Source of the DNA: an uncultured Gammaproteobacteria bacterium
GTDB lineage: Bacteria > Patescibacteriota > Microgenomatia > Daviesbacterales > UBA10151
NCBI GenBank assembly: GCA_964636275.1
Contig: CAZWRN010000001.1
Location: forward strand, 22,070 to 86,069
Length of the DNA: 64,000 nucleotides
Direction: 5' to 3'
Below are positions 18,422-27,605 of this stretch, in pieces (position 1 is the first letter of the stretch; every line of letters starts with the position of its first letter). Under the pieces are notes generated by a model. It did not search any database, had not been told where the DNA came from, and saw only the letters and a list, made by a program, of their open reading frames with translations. Both the position numbers and the translations under genes were made by a program.

Positions 18422-20374
18422 ATGGCTGCCCGCGATTCTGCTTCACTGTCTCGCAACGATTATTTGGCACTTTTCTATGCTTTGCAGGAGCTGCGCTCAG
18501 AGCCTAGCCAGCTCAGAATTTTAAAATCTCACATCTCGAGCGGCCGTTTTTACAATCAACCTTTGCCAAATATGATCCGACATATGCAAATACTTTTGCA
18601 GAGTAAGGATCCTAATCGGAAATTTCCGCAAACTCTCCGGAAAGAGGATGTGCCTGAATACTTTGAATCGCTTTTACGCGAGGTTAATAGCCATACTGAA
18701 CATGATTTTTATGGAAATATTGAACGTGGCATCAAGCAAAATATTTGGGAAAATATTCCGAGTCCGATAGCTGCACCAGTTCAAACTCCCCAGATGACAG
18801 ATGTCCCAGCAGCGACTGAATCACCCACGCCATCCGAGCCAGAAGAGGCCGTGCCAGAGCCGGAAAAAAAGTCTGAGCCGATAAAGCGTTTTAAGGCTGG
18901 CGGGACTCATTCTGAACCGATAAAAAAAGATGAGGGGCATAAAGATCAGCCACAGGCAAAAACTACCCCCAAAAAAAATATCTACCAGAGAGTAAAATCT
19001 TTTTTTACAACATCATCAACCCCTCAGCCTTCAACTTCGAGTGCTCCCTCAACAACGGCTACTAATAATACTCGGATTGTTGTGGCTAAAGCCAGACAAA
19101 CAGTTGGACAGGTACTCAGCAATCCGGTAAAAGATCTTGGCAGTCAGATCGTGAGACAGATCATCCGTCATCCTTTACTAAAAAAACGGGTAGTAACTGC
19201 TGGGATAGGGGCGATCGGCGGATATTATTTTGGCGGGGCACCGGGAGCAGGGGTTGGAGCTGTCCTGGGAGGGTTGTTAGGGCCAAATATCTCCACAACC
19301 ATAGGTGATGTTCTGACTGGAGGAAGAAGTAGCTCTTCCCTTTCGACGGGTACTCCAACAGCGCCAGATGATACATCAGGTGACGCACCTTCAGGTGGTG
19401 GGGGAGGGAGTAACTTTTTCCGCAACCGAGCTTTAAATACTGCGCGTAATTTAGCCAATCAGGCGGCTCGACGAGCCATCATTGCCGGTGGGCGAACTTT
19501 TTTAGCCGCCAACGCCTGGTGGATTATTTTGGTGATAGTTGTGGGGATTTTGCTACTGGTGGCGCTGTTGTTGATGCTCTGCATTCTCCCCTGGTCCGGC
19601 TGCAGTACCGGTGGATTAAATGGTGATGTAAAAAAGAATTTTTCTATTCAAAAATCAGCCCCTCAGGCTGTTGATAATGGATCTCCAATTGAATATAAAA
19701 TTGAAGTTATTAATAAAGGAAATCAAAATGCCTCAGTCACCGTTGTAGATAATCTCCCTGATGGAACTATTTATCAAACTGGAAATAACGATCCGGCTAC
19801 TGACCAAAATACTTCAAAAAAAATTCAATGGACAATTAATGACCTAGGTCCTGGACAGAAGAAAGATCTGACTTTCACCGTAGTTCCTCAAATCCCTGAT
19901 ACATGGATAGTTAATCAGACATCTGCAAATATTAAGTTGCTTGGAAATTCAAGTAGCGGTAATGTCAATATTCCGGGAAATATCCCCCCTACCGCAAACA
20001 ATTGCAATGGTACCTATCCTCTTAAAAATCCATTAGGTAACTTTGGTGATCCAAAGTGTGATTTTAATAAAGATGCCCTATACCAAATACTTCAGCAATT
20101 GGATCCTACAAACGCTACCTACTGGTTTACTAAAGTTGCTCGATGTGAAAGTAACTATTCTCCGAATGCCTATGCAGATCCAATTGCTGTAGGAACACCC
20201 GATCCTATAGGGGCCTGGGGGCTTTTCCAAATGGGACGGGGTAAGAATGGCGAATTTGACCATGGAGATGTTATCTGGCAACTTCAAACAAGTAATGCAG
20301 TGAATTATAACAACAATATTTCTAAGCTTGGGTTAGCCTGGCGATATTGGCAGTGCGCCAATGACAGATGGTAA
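18422..20374 (+). CDS. Membrane-anchored protein with DUF11-like Ig domain and C-terminal lysozyme/SLT-like domain
   Basis: TM at about residue 365; KSAP...IEYKIEVIN...VVDNLPDG (DUF11-like); ARCESNY...AWGLFQM (transglycosylase-like). Confidence 0.7.
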   Translation: MAARDSASLSRNDYLALFYALQELRSEPSQLRILKSHISSGRFYNQPLPNMIRHMQILLQSKDPNRKFPQTLRKEDVPEYFESLLREVNSHTEHDFYGNIERGIKQNIWENIPSPIAAPVQTPQMTDVPAATESPTPSEPEEAVPEPEKKSEPIKRFKAGGTHSEPIKKDEGHKDQPQAKTTPKKNIYQRVKSFFTTSSTPQPSTSSAPSTTATNNTRIVVAKARQTVGQVLSNPVKDLGSQIVRQIIRHPLLKKRVVTAGIGAIGGYYFGGAPGAGVGAVLGGLLGPNISTTIGDVLTGGRSSSSLSTGTPTAPDDTSGDAPSGGGGGSNFFRNRALNTARNLANQAARRAIIAGGRTFLAANAWWIILVIVVGILLLVALLLMLCILPWSGCSTGGLNGDVKKNFSIQKSAPQAVDNGSPIEYKIEVINKGNQNASVTVVDNLPDGTIYQTGNNDPATDQNTSKKIQWTINDLGPGQKKDLTFTVVPQIPDTWIVNQTSANIKLLGNSSSGNVNIPGNIPPTANNCNGTYPLKNPLGNFGDPKCDFNKDALYQILQQLDPTNATYWFTKVARCESNYSPNAYADPIAVGTPDPIGAWGLFQMGRGKNGEFDHGDVIWQLQTSNAVNYNNNISKLGLAWRYWQCANDRW

Positions 20375-20978
20375 AGTAAAAGTTATGAAAATTGAAAATA
20401 TTTTTGCAAATAAAAAAATAGCCTTAGTTATTGTTGTTTTGCTTGTTTTACTTTTAATAGCGTTTTTATTGCGACTTATATTCTCTTCCCCTAAATCATC
20501 CATCCCACCAGTTATTGATGTCCCAAAAGCTTCATTTTCTCCATCGCCAAGAATAGTCGGCCAGCCTTTTCCATCTGTAATTTCATCTACCCCATCAGCT
20601 CAAATCAAATCACTTGTATATAAACCGGGGGAGTTGACTAAAGATTATGAACGAATCAGTTCTCACCCACCCCTTTCTTCAGCAGATCAAACAGTTAAAA
20701 CGAACCTCTTAAGGCCCTTGAATTCCCAGTCGGGGGTTGTAGCAAGTACCAATCAATTTAGAATCGAGTACGTCAAAAGTCCTGATTTGTTTATGATTGA
20801 AGTAAGAAGCATCAACCCCAATATTGGAAAAAATGCCGCTGAACAATATTTAAAGGATCAGGGACTTAGTACTTCAGGGGTTTGTAATCTGCCGGTACTA
20901 TTTTATCTCAGTCAGCAAGTTCAAGATGATTTAATTTCAAAAGGACAGACTTTCAATCCAATACCGACAGGATGTTAA
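20361..20978 (+). CDS. Single-TM exported protein of the T4SS-like locus
   Basis: N-terminal TM, Pro/Ser linker, C-terminal Cys pair. Confidence 0.75.
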   Translation: MTDGKVKVMKIENIFANKKIALVIVVLLVLLLIAFLLRLIFSSPKSSIPPVIDVPKASFSPSPRIVGQPFPSVISSTPSAQIKSLVYKPGELTKDYERISSHPPLSSADQTVKTNLLRPLNSQSGVVASTNQFRIEYVKSPDLFMIEVRSINPNIGKNAAEQYLKDQGLSTSGVCNLPVLFYLSQQVQDDLISKGQTFNPIPTGC

Positions 20979-20979
20979 A

Positions 20980-22305
20980 ATGCAAAAAAATATAAAAATA
21001 ATATTATTTATACTTAGTGTTTTCTTTGTCAGCCAACTCCGACCGGTTCAAGCTCAGGAACCAGTAGATTTTCCCACAATCATACCCAAAGTGTCCTGTC
21101 CGGTGATCGGTGGTTCTATACTAACCCCTTCATTTCAAGCTGATCCAGTCAAAGGGCATTGTGGAAGTGATTATGGATATTCCTGCACTTGCGGAAATTC
21201 AGGTCGTAGAGCTAAAGCTATAGATATTCCCACCACTCCAGATACAGATGTTGTTCTGCCAAAAATCGAGGGTGAAGACATTACATGGACACTAATTGAA
21301 ACTCTTTGTGCCGGATCAGGTTTATATCCCAACTGCAGTGATAGTAATGGCGGAACAGGCGGGATGATAACATTTGTAGGTATTAATCCCTCTAGACCTA
21401 ACGACAAATGGTATATTCAGTTTCTTCATCTCAAAGTATCAACAATTTTGGTAGAAAAAGGAGGTTCGTATTCACCAGGAACTGTAGTTGGAAAAACCGA
21501 TATATCAGCCCATGTCCACACTACTATAGGTAAAAACCTGAACGTAAGTGGTGACAATATTTCAGGTGCTGCAGACTGTGATGCCAATTGGCTACCTTCT
21601 GACTTTATTTGTGACCCCTCCAAACAACCAACAACTATCCCTGAAGCCAAACCGGTTGGGGCTGCAGCTGGTGAAATAAAAAGTAATTATGCATGTACCA
21701 AAGTTGGAACTCCCAAAGAAGATATGCCTGCGATCTGCAAAAACCAGGCACTTCCTCAATTTGGAGAAGCAGGCAATTTTACCTATTACTGCCAGGGGGA
21801 TGACCGTTGGCAAAAATTTGCCTGTAGCGTTGGAAAGGTTGGCTGTGGTGCTACATCAGCCGCCATGATTACTACCTATTTTGGACAAACTCTTACTCCG
21901 GCTGATGTGTTTGGTGATTTTTTAAATTCTGGCGCATTAACATGTGGAGACGGGATCTATCCAGACAGAGTGTTAAACTGGTTTAGGAATAATGGCTATG
22001 AAGTGGGGCCGAGCGTAGTCGCTGGAGGCACTCTAGATGCTGTCGCTGCTAAAAATTATATTGACAAGGGATATCTGATCTTGGGATCCTCGCATAATTT
22101 TAGAGGACAGAGTGGCGCGACATTTAGCCATGTGTTTGTTGTTCAAAATGTGGACCCACAGACCGATACTTTTATCATGCGTGATCCGGAAAATTGCGCT
22201 TATGGGCCGGGAACAGAGCTGGCTCAAAATAATGTTCAACCGATCAAAAGCGATAAGATTCCAAGCTGGGCATATGCCTATCCGATTAAAAAAGGAGGTA
22301 ATTAG
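20980..22305 (+). CDS. Secreted Cys-rich protein: M23-like domain plus C39-like (papain-fold) peptidase domain
   Basis: Signal peptide; AIDI...FLHL...HVH (M23-like); YYCQGDDRW...GCGATSAAM...HVFVV...RDP (C39-like). Confidence 0.7.
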   Translation: MQKNIKIILFILSVFFVSQLRPVQAQEPVDFPTIIPKVSCPVIGGSILTPSFQADPVKGHCGSDYGYSCTCGNSGRRAKAIDIPTTPDTDVVLPKIEGEDITWTLIETLCAGSGLYPNCSDSNGGTGGMITFVGINPSRPNDKWYIQFLHLKVSTILVEKGGSYSPGTVVGKTDISAHVHTTIGKNLNVSGDNISGAADCDANWLPSDFICDPSKQPTTIPEAKPVGAAAGEIKSNYACTKVGTPKEDMPAICKNQALPQFGEAGNFTYYCQGDDRWQKFACSVGKVGCGATSAAMITTYFGQTLTPADVFGDFLNSGALTCGDGIYPDRVLNWFRNNGYEVGPSVVAGGTLDAVAAKNYIDKGYLILGSSHNFRGQSGATFSHVFVVQNVDPQTDTFIMRDPENCAYGPGTELAQNNVQPIKSDKIPSWAYAYPIKKGGN

Positions 22306-22310
22306 TAACT

Positions 22311-22754
22311 ATGAATAGATTTCAAATGTTTCTCATGATATTTATAATTATCTTAGCCTTTATCGTTTTTATTAGCTTTATCTTTTTCTCTAATGCTCCA
22401 TTCCCTTCTGAGCCTACACCAATCCCTTCAGCGTCAACAACACCAGTCCAAAGAGTTATTGATGATAAAAGTGTGGAGCTTCATCCAAATAACGGTGTCT
22501 ATCAGACAATCTCCTCGGCAGCAGCGGAACAGATTGACCAGGATACTAAAATTGGCCAGTTAATAAAAAAATTACCACATCGATCGGAGAATTTTTCGCT
22601 TGTATATGATATAGACACTAATTCTTTTATTGCTGAACTTTCTCCCACCAGAAGAGCTCAGGCAAATAGAGAACTAGATCAATTTTTGGAAGAAAACGGT
22701 ATAATGGATAGAGATTGGTTATATAATTTAAGCATTAAACAACAAACCTACTAA
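22311..22754 (+). CDS. Single-TM hypothetical protein, distantly similar to 20361-20978
   Basis: N-terminal TM; the segment LP....F.LVY...F...L.....A.....FL...G resembles the neighbour's C-terminal half. Confidence 0.7.
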   Translation: MNRFQMFLMIFIIILAFIVFISFIFFSNAPFPSEPTPIPSASTTPVQRVIDDKSVELHPNNGVYQTISSAAAEQIDQDTKIGQLIKKLPHRSENFSLVYDIDTNSFIAELSPTRRAQANRELDQFLEENGIMDRDWLYNLSIKQQTY

Positions 22755-22758
22755 GTTT

Positions 22759-23205
22759 ATGAGTACTAAAGCTAAAATCATTGCAGTTATCGTCGCTATC
22801 GGAGCAATCTTGATTGCCGTATTTCAGTTTGGTCTGGGTGGGCCAGCGACTGAAAGAGGATCGGAGGTCTCCCAAACTGATTCTCCAGTCGTCGTATCTA
22901 CCAATCCTCCAACAATGAAAGAGAAGAAAACCGTAGTTGTGCTCCCAACTCAGCCAATTGAGATCACTTTCAATCAACCATTAGAAAATGTACCAGAAAC
23001 ACGAATTACCATTGAACCAAAAGCTGATTACAAAGTTGAATTGTCAGGAGATAAAAAAACTATCAAAATAATCCCTGTAACCCCCTATTCTTTGGGGCAA
23101 GGTTACTCGCTTTTTATCAAAGCTGATACCAAATTTGACGGTAAAAAGACTTTAGGTTCAGATGTGGATTTTCATTTTGCAACCATTAGTTATAACGGAG
23201 TTTAA
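22759..23205 (+). CDS. Exported Ig-like (Big_5-type) domain protein
   Basis: TM, then PVVVSTNP...IEITFNQPL...IIP...YSLFI...FHFAT. Confidence 0.75.
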   Translation: MSTKAKIIAVIVAIGAILIAVFQFGLGGPATERGSEVSQTDSPVVVSTNPPTMKEKKTVVVLPTQPIEITFNQPLENVPETRITIEPKADYKVELSGDKKTIKIIPVTPYSLGQGYSLFIKADTKFDGKKTLGSDVDFHFATISYNGV

Positions 23206-23263
23206 ATTTGTATTTCTCCATGCGCGTAAAGCTGCTTAGTCAAAAAAGATTGTTTTATTATTC

Positions 23264-23286
23264 TTGTTCGAGCGAAGTCGAGAACT
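23264..23286. repeat. REP-like motif GTTCGAGCGAAGTCGAGAAC
   Basis: Short hairpin between convergent genes; a related motif occurs at 39676-39778. Confidence 0.45.
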
Positions 23287-23296
23287 TCATTTTAAT

Positions 23297-24409
23297 CTAA
23301 CTTAAGCGGATTGGCATAATCACATATTCCAGTCCTTCGATGCCTTCTGGTTTGATTAAAGCCGCAGAGAGATTTCCGGAAAATTCAATCCTGACTTTTT
23401 CGGAATTTACTGAAGACAAAGCATCTGTCAGGTATTTAGCATTAAAGGCGATCTGGATCGGGTTTTGCCCCGTCTGAGCCTCTATTTCAGTCTCTTGCTC
23501 CCCTACTTCTCTGGCCTGAGAAGAGATTTTTATTTTTCCTTCCAAAGTCTCCATTTTGATAACATTCGCTTCTGTTTTAGCAAAAACCGATGCCAACTTG
23601 ACGGCTTTTAATAAATCTGTTCGATCGATATGGGTGATATTTTGAAATTCAGTCGGAACTATTTTTTCCCAGGATGGAAAATTACCCTCAATCAGCCGAG
23701 AAGAAGCCTGTGTATCCCCTACTTTAAAAATAATCTGGTTGTCACTGGTTCCAATCTCAACCAGTCCTGATTCCGACTTTTCAATATCTTCGCTAATCAG
23801 CCTGACAACTTCTTCTAGGGTTCTTCTGGGTATCAGAGATCTAAATGGTTGATCAGTTTCACTCTCGAGGCTCATTTTTTTGTGAGCCAGCCGAAAACCA
23901 TCAGTTGCAACCAACTCTAAGGTATGTTTGGTAATCTCGGTTAATATTCCAGTTAAAACAGGTCTGCCGTCATCAGCTGCAGCAGCAAAGGCGATCTGAG
24001 GGACAGAATCTTTTAGTACCGCAGCTTGAACAGAGGCGGCTTTTTCTCCGGCCAATGGTATAGCTGGAAACTCGGCAGACGAGATACCATTTAAAGTGAC
24101 ATTAAAGTTTTTAGCTGAAATTCGAAGTTGTTCGCCGCCGGATTCGAGAGTTAGTTCTAAGCCACTTAAAGACGAGATGATCTCTTGAAATGTTTTAGCT
24201 GGTACTGTTAGATCCCCTTCTTCTTCCACGCTTGCATTAATCGATTTAACAACACCAATTTCCAGATTGGTAGCAGATAAAACTAATTTATTTCCCTGAG
24301 CCTGTAACAGGATATTGGCCAAAACAGGTAAAGTGGTACGAATTCCGACTGATCTTGAAACAGCTTGTAGTGGACCATTTAAATCTGATTGTTGAATTTT
24401 TAATCGCAT
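23297..24409 (-). CDS. dnaN: DNA polymerase III beta clamp
   Basis: ATNLE, RPVLTG, VATDGFRLA, RLIEGNFP, IAFNAKYL, VIMPIR. Start corrected to MRLKIQ because the ORF-track extension is repeat DNA. Confidence 0.97.
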   Translation of the reverse strand: MRLKIQQSDLNGPLQAVSRSVGIRTTLPVLANILLQAQGNKLVLSATNLEIGVVKSINASVEEEGDLTVPAKTFQEIISSLSGLELTLESGGEQLRISAKNFNVTLNGISSAEFPAIPLAGEKAASVQAAVLKDSVPQIAFAAAADDGRPVLTGILTEITKHTLELVATDGFRLAHKKMSLESETDQPFRSLIPRRTLEEVVRLISEDIEKSESGLVEIGTSDNQIIFKVGDTQASSRLIEGNFPSWEKIVPTEFQNITHIDRTDLLKAVKLASVFAKTEANVIKMETLEGKIKISSQAREVGEQETEIEAQTGQNPIQIAFNAKYLTDALSSVNSEKVRIEFSGNLSAALIKPEGIEGLEYVIMPIRLS

Positions 24410-24413
24410 AATG

Positions 24414-24620
24414 GAATAAACCAATAACCCAATAGACAAATAAACCAATTCTTGAATTAAGAATTCGCTGTTTTTGGATAATTGTTTAAAGTGTTTTTTG
24501 GTAATTTTTCAACCGCTTTAAGAACTTCAACAACGAATTCAAAAATTCTTTCATATATATCGTGTTTATATTCATTATTCGCCATTTGTTTATTGGGTTA
24601 TTTGTATATTTGTTTATTCA
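24414..24620. mobile_element. 8-nt periodic inverted arms (24414-24450 and 24585-24620) enclosing a four-helix-bundle remnant
   Basis: aataaacc-aataaccc-aatagaca-aataaacc ... tgtttatt-gggttatt-tgtatatt-tgtttatt. Mobility is inferred, not shown. Confidence 0.6.
24457..24585 (-). pseudogene. Truncated (internally deleted) four helix bundle gene
   Basis: Hand translation gives MANNEYKHDIYERIFEFVVEVLKAVEKLPKNTLNNYPKTANS*. The first ~34 aa match the first helix of TIGR02436-type proteins (D..ER.F.F...V...V..LP). Confidence 0.7.
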
Positions 24621-24633
24621 GTAAATGGCAGAT

Positions 24634-25080
24634 TTACTTAAGACCTTTAACAACTCTTTCAACTTCGTCTTCGGTGACCTTAATCAAGCGAAAATAAACT
24701 CGCTGATGCTCTATGAGGGTTTTAATATGTTTTTCCTCTGGTGTCAAGGCAGCACTTGTTCCCGACTTCACTTCGATGAAATCAATTCTTTCCCCATTTT
24801 TGACTCCAACAAAATCAATTGGCCATCCTAAAGGAATAATTCGGTCATAATCATAACGAAGTTCAGCATACGTTAAAAGTTCAGCCATCTTGCCCTTTTG
24901 TGGATTGATCGATCCCTGAATGGTCTGAAGTACCCTAACTGGCAGATTATTTACCTGTTGATAAAGGTCAATAAAATCCTGTGGGATATCTGTACGTGGT
25001 TTGGCTTGGAGTCTGCCAATTAAATAAGCGATGATTAATCCTAAAATAATAAACCCGATAGTAACCCAGTTAAATTCCAT
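24634..25080 (-). CDS. Membrane-anchored Holliday-junction-resolvase-like PD-(D/E)xK endonuclease
   Basis: N-terminal TM; G..AE.L...LGWPIDFVG...IDFIEVKSG...LT..EK.IK. Start corrected to MEFNW. Confidence 0.8.
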   Translation of the reverse strand: MEFNWVTIGFIILGLIIAYLIGRLQAKPRTDIPQDFIDLYQQVNNLPVRVLQTIQGSINPQKGKMAELLTYAELRYDYDRIIPLGWPIDFVGVKNGERIDFIEVKSGTSAALTPEEKHIKTLIEHQRVYFRLIKVTEDEVERVVKGLK

Positions 25081-25087
25081 GATTAAG

Positions 25088-25171
25088 AATAATCCAATAA
25101 CCCGATAAACCAATGCCCAATTTCCAATTATTGGAGTCTGGTTTATTTGGAGATTTGTTTATTAGGCTATT
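25088..25171. repeat. Periodic (8-nt) palindromic element, AATAAACC family, empty form
   Basis: aataatcc-aataaccc-gataaacc-aatgccc-aatttcc | aattatt | ggagtct-ggtttatt-tggagatt-tgtttatt-aggctatt; same architecture as 15999-16086. Confidence 0.85.
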
Positions 25172-25174
25172 ATA

Positions 25175-25382
25175 CAGTATTGAGTTATCCCGAGAGTTAT
25201 CAACAAGGCTGGTGAATATAAACTTTATTATTTATATACAGTAATGGTATTTATAGGGGGTGTGAATAAGTATATAACTTAGTATTTTAGCTTCACTTTT
25301 CGGATAATTTTGGTGTTGAAAAGCGGTGGATAATTGTGGATAACTTGGTGGATAAGTTGGGGATAAATTGTTGATAAGTAGT
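25175..25382. other. Probable replication origin oriC
   Basis: Downstream of dnaA. DnaA boxes TTATCAACA (~25197) and TGTGAATAA (25261), five TGTGGATAA-like boxes at 25325, 25335, 25347, 25358 and 25369, and an AT-rich tract at about 25215-25255. Confidence 0.85.
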
Positions 25383-26729
25383 TCATCCGGCTAAATTTTG
25401 CTTTATTTCCATTACAACTCTTTGGATTTCTCTGTCTCTTGAGATAGCTGACTTGATCTTATCCACACCGTGCATAACTGTTGTATGGTCTCTACCACCC
25501 AAAACCTGGCCAATTTTTTCAAAAGGCATATTACATTCAGTTTGCATCAGGTACATGGCTATTTGGCGAGGCATGACGAGCTCTTTTTGTCTTCTGGGGC
25601 CGGTAATATCTGCCATTTTGAGATTGAAATAATCGTTTACTGTCGACAACAGTTTTTTATGGTCAACCTTCTGGTTTTGATTTAGCTGTGGTCCCCCCAA
25701 GTATCTTGAAACAAATTCAATAGTCGGTTCTTGATTCATCAGCTTACTAGTTTCTAATATTTGTATCAGCTTTCCTTCTAGTTCCCGAGTGTTGGATTGA
25801 ATTGATTCAGCAATTAAGGTTAGGCTTTCTTCAGGTAGTGTTTGTCCTTTCTCTACTAGCTTAGCTTTTAAGATGGCTACTCTGGTTTCAAAATCAGGGA
25901 GTTGGAGATCGACCATAAGACCACCTTGAAATCGAGATCTTAAACGGTCTTCGAGTTTGGTTAGTTCATTTGGTGGACGATCAGATGTAAGGACTATTTG
26001 GGCGTTTTTGGTGTGAAGTTCATTAAAAGTATGGAAAAATTCTTCCTGGAATGAATCTTTGCCGGCGATAAATTGAATATCGTCAACTAAAAGACAGTCA
26101 CAGTCTCGATATTTTTGACGAAAAGCGGTTGTACCTTTTCTTTGAATTGATTCAACGAAATCGTTTAAAAATCTTTCTGATGAGACAAACACCAGTTTGG
26201 CTCGAGGGTTTTTTTCTAATATAGCGTTGCCAATGGCATGCATGAGATGGGTCTTCCCTACTCCAGATGGTCCATACATAAAGAATGGATTATATGATTG
26301 GCCTGGATTTTGAATAATTGCTTGGGCTGCAGCGAAAGCTAAATTGTTGGTCGGTCCGACAACAAAATTTTGAATAGTGTATTTTTTATTCAAGGCGGTA
26401 GTTGGTTTTGGTGCCCCAGGCATTTCTATAGTAAAGAGGTCGTCATCTTCTTCTGTTTGGATGATATTTTTTTTATTGTCTAAAGACGGGTCGATAGTGT
26501 AGGAGATTGTCAGCGTGTCGCCTATGACAGCCTGGATTGATTCGTTGAGTACCGGGCCATAACGCAATAATTGTTGCCCTTTGACAAAAGCTGACGGAAC
26601 GGCTAAAACGATCTCGTTGTTTTCGATCTTGCGAGCTTCGGTTTTACCAAACCAGGTTCTAAAATTGTGGGCATCCAGTTTTTGTTTGAGCTGAGCTTGG
26701 ATTTTTTGCCAGGTTGCTTGAGGGTCCAT
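25383..26729 (-). CDS. dnaA: Chromosomal replication initiator
   Basis: YNPFFMYGPSGVGKTHL, LLVDDIQF, QEEFFHTFN, RLRSRF, GGRDHTTV. ATG 26729 is preferred; DnaA boxes lie at 26742-26760 upstream. Confidence 0.98.
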   Translation of the reverse strand: MDPQATWQKIQAQLKQKLDAHNFRTWFGKTEARKIENNEIVLAVPSAFVKGQQLLRYGPVLNESIQAVIGDTLTISYTIDPSLDNKKNIIQTEEDDDLFTIEMPGAPKPTTALNKKYTIQNFVVGPTNNLAFAAAQAIIQNPGQSYNPFFMYGPSGVGKTHLMHAIGNAILEKNPRAKLVFVSSERFLNDFVESIQRKGTTAFRQKYRDCDCLLVDDIQFIAGKDSFQEEFFHTFNELHTKNAQIVLTSDRPPNELTKLEDRLRSRFQGGLMVDLQLPDFETRVAILKAKLVEKGQTLPEESLTLIAESIQSNTRELEGKLIQILETSKLMNQEPTIEFVSRYLGGPQLNQNQKVDHKKLLSTVNDYFNLKMADITGPRRQKELVMPRQIAMYLMQTECNMPFEKIGQVLGGRDHTTVMHGVDKIKSAISRDREIQRVVMEIKQNLAG

Positions 26730-26799
26730 GAGGCCAATACTAGTGGATAAGTTGTCCACAGAAAAGGGAGAGAAACTAGCAAGAAGTGTATCAGTAGAT

Positions 26800-26906
26800 A
26801 ATTTACAATTTTCAATTTACAACTTACAGTTTTCAAATAAATTTAAATTCTTAGAATTTGTAAATTGTAATTTGATTACTAAATTGACAAATAGAAATTG
26901 AAAATT
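26800..26906. repeat. Periodic (7-nt) palindromic element, AATTTAC/GTAAATT family
   Basis: aatttac-aattttc-aatttac-aacttac-agttttc ... gtaaatt-gtaattt...taaattg...gaaattg-aaaatt. Confidence 0.85.
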
Positions 26907-26949
26907 CTTCACTCTTGGTTTTTAGCTTCAACTAGGTTATAATGTACGC

Positions 26950-27090
26950 ATGTCAACCAAAAGAACCTATCAGCCAAAGAAACTTAAAAGAGTCAGAAAA
27001 CACGGTTTTCGTGCTCGTATGAGTACCGATTCAGGTAAAAAAGTCTTAGCTCGTCGTAGAGCAGTTGGACGCGCTAGTTTGAGTATCTAA
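26950..27090 (+). CDS. rpmH: 50S ribosomal protein L34 (missing from the ORF track)
   Basis: Hand translation [46 protein letters not shown]; divergent from dnaA. Confidence 0.97.
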   Translation: MSTKRTYQPKKLKRVRKHGFRARMSTDSGKKVLARRRAVGRASLSI

Positions 27091-27097
27091 CTATTTC

Positions 27098-27424
27098 ATG
27101 CTTCCTAAACATCAAAGGCTCAATTTAAAAACTGATTTTTCCCGAGTTATCAAAGGCAGACGAATTGAAACTCCTCACTTTATCATTTACACCAAACCAA
27201 CCGCAGAAGAAATTATCCGGATTGGTATAAGTATCCGGACTAAAAATTTTGGCAAAGCTCACAATCGCAATCGGGCTCGGAGATTGACTTCAACAGCTAT
27301 TCAAACTATTTATGAAGTGATACCTCAAAAGCAGGATTTGATTATTATGCCAAAATCTGGTCTACTAGAGACTACGGTAGATGTTTTAGCAGAGGAGTTG
27401 AAGCATGTCTTGGCTGGCGGTTAA
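27098..27424 (+). CDS. rnpA: Ribonuclease P protein component
   Basis: MLPK..RL...F..V...G, RIGISI, KAHNRNRARR; synteny. Confidence 0.93.
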   Translation: MLPKHQRLNLKTDFSRVIKGRRIETPHFIIYTKPTAEEIIRIGISIRTKNFGKAHNRNRARRLTSTAIQTIYEVIPQKQDLIIMPKSGLLETTVDVLAEELKHVLAGG

Positions 27425-27605
27425 ATTAATTGAGTTTTACCAGTTGTTTTTATCCTTTGATACCGGTATATTGCGTTTTCTGGCTCCGGGAGGGGCATGT
27501 AAATATCCGATTCGGTGTTCTGAATATACTAAACAGCAGATCATACGGTACGGCGTATTTAAAGGGATTTACTTGGGAGGGTTAAGAATACTTTCATGCA
27601 GATAA
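27405..27605 (+). CDS. yidD: Membrane protein insertion efficiency factor
   Basis: YQ..LS...CKYP..CSEY....I.RYG..KG......RILSC; synteny. Confidence 0.9.
   Translation: MSWLAVKLIEFYQLFLSFDTGILRFLAPGGACKYPIRCSEYTKQQIIRYGVFKGIYLGGLRILSCR

Noticed and set aside
14-23205. Integrative conjugative element or prophage
   Set aside because: No integrase, relaxase, att repeats or phage structural genes seen; the locus abuts core origin genes.
24482-24831. Plus-strand ORFs of 71 and 68 aa
   Set aside because: Antisense shadows of the remnant and nuclease genes, partly translating repeat DNA.
16066-25113. ORF-track N-terminal extensions of virB4, dnaN and the nuclease
   Set aside because: They start at TTG codons inside 8-mer repeat arms; downstream ATGs match the family N-termini.
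26603-26836. 77-aa ORF overlapping the dnaA start
   Set aside because: Its N-terminus is a translation of the periodic palindrome and the rest is out of frame within dnaA.
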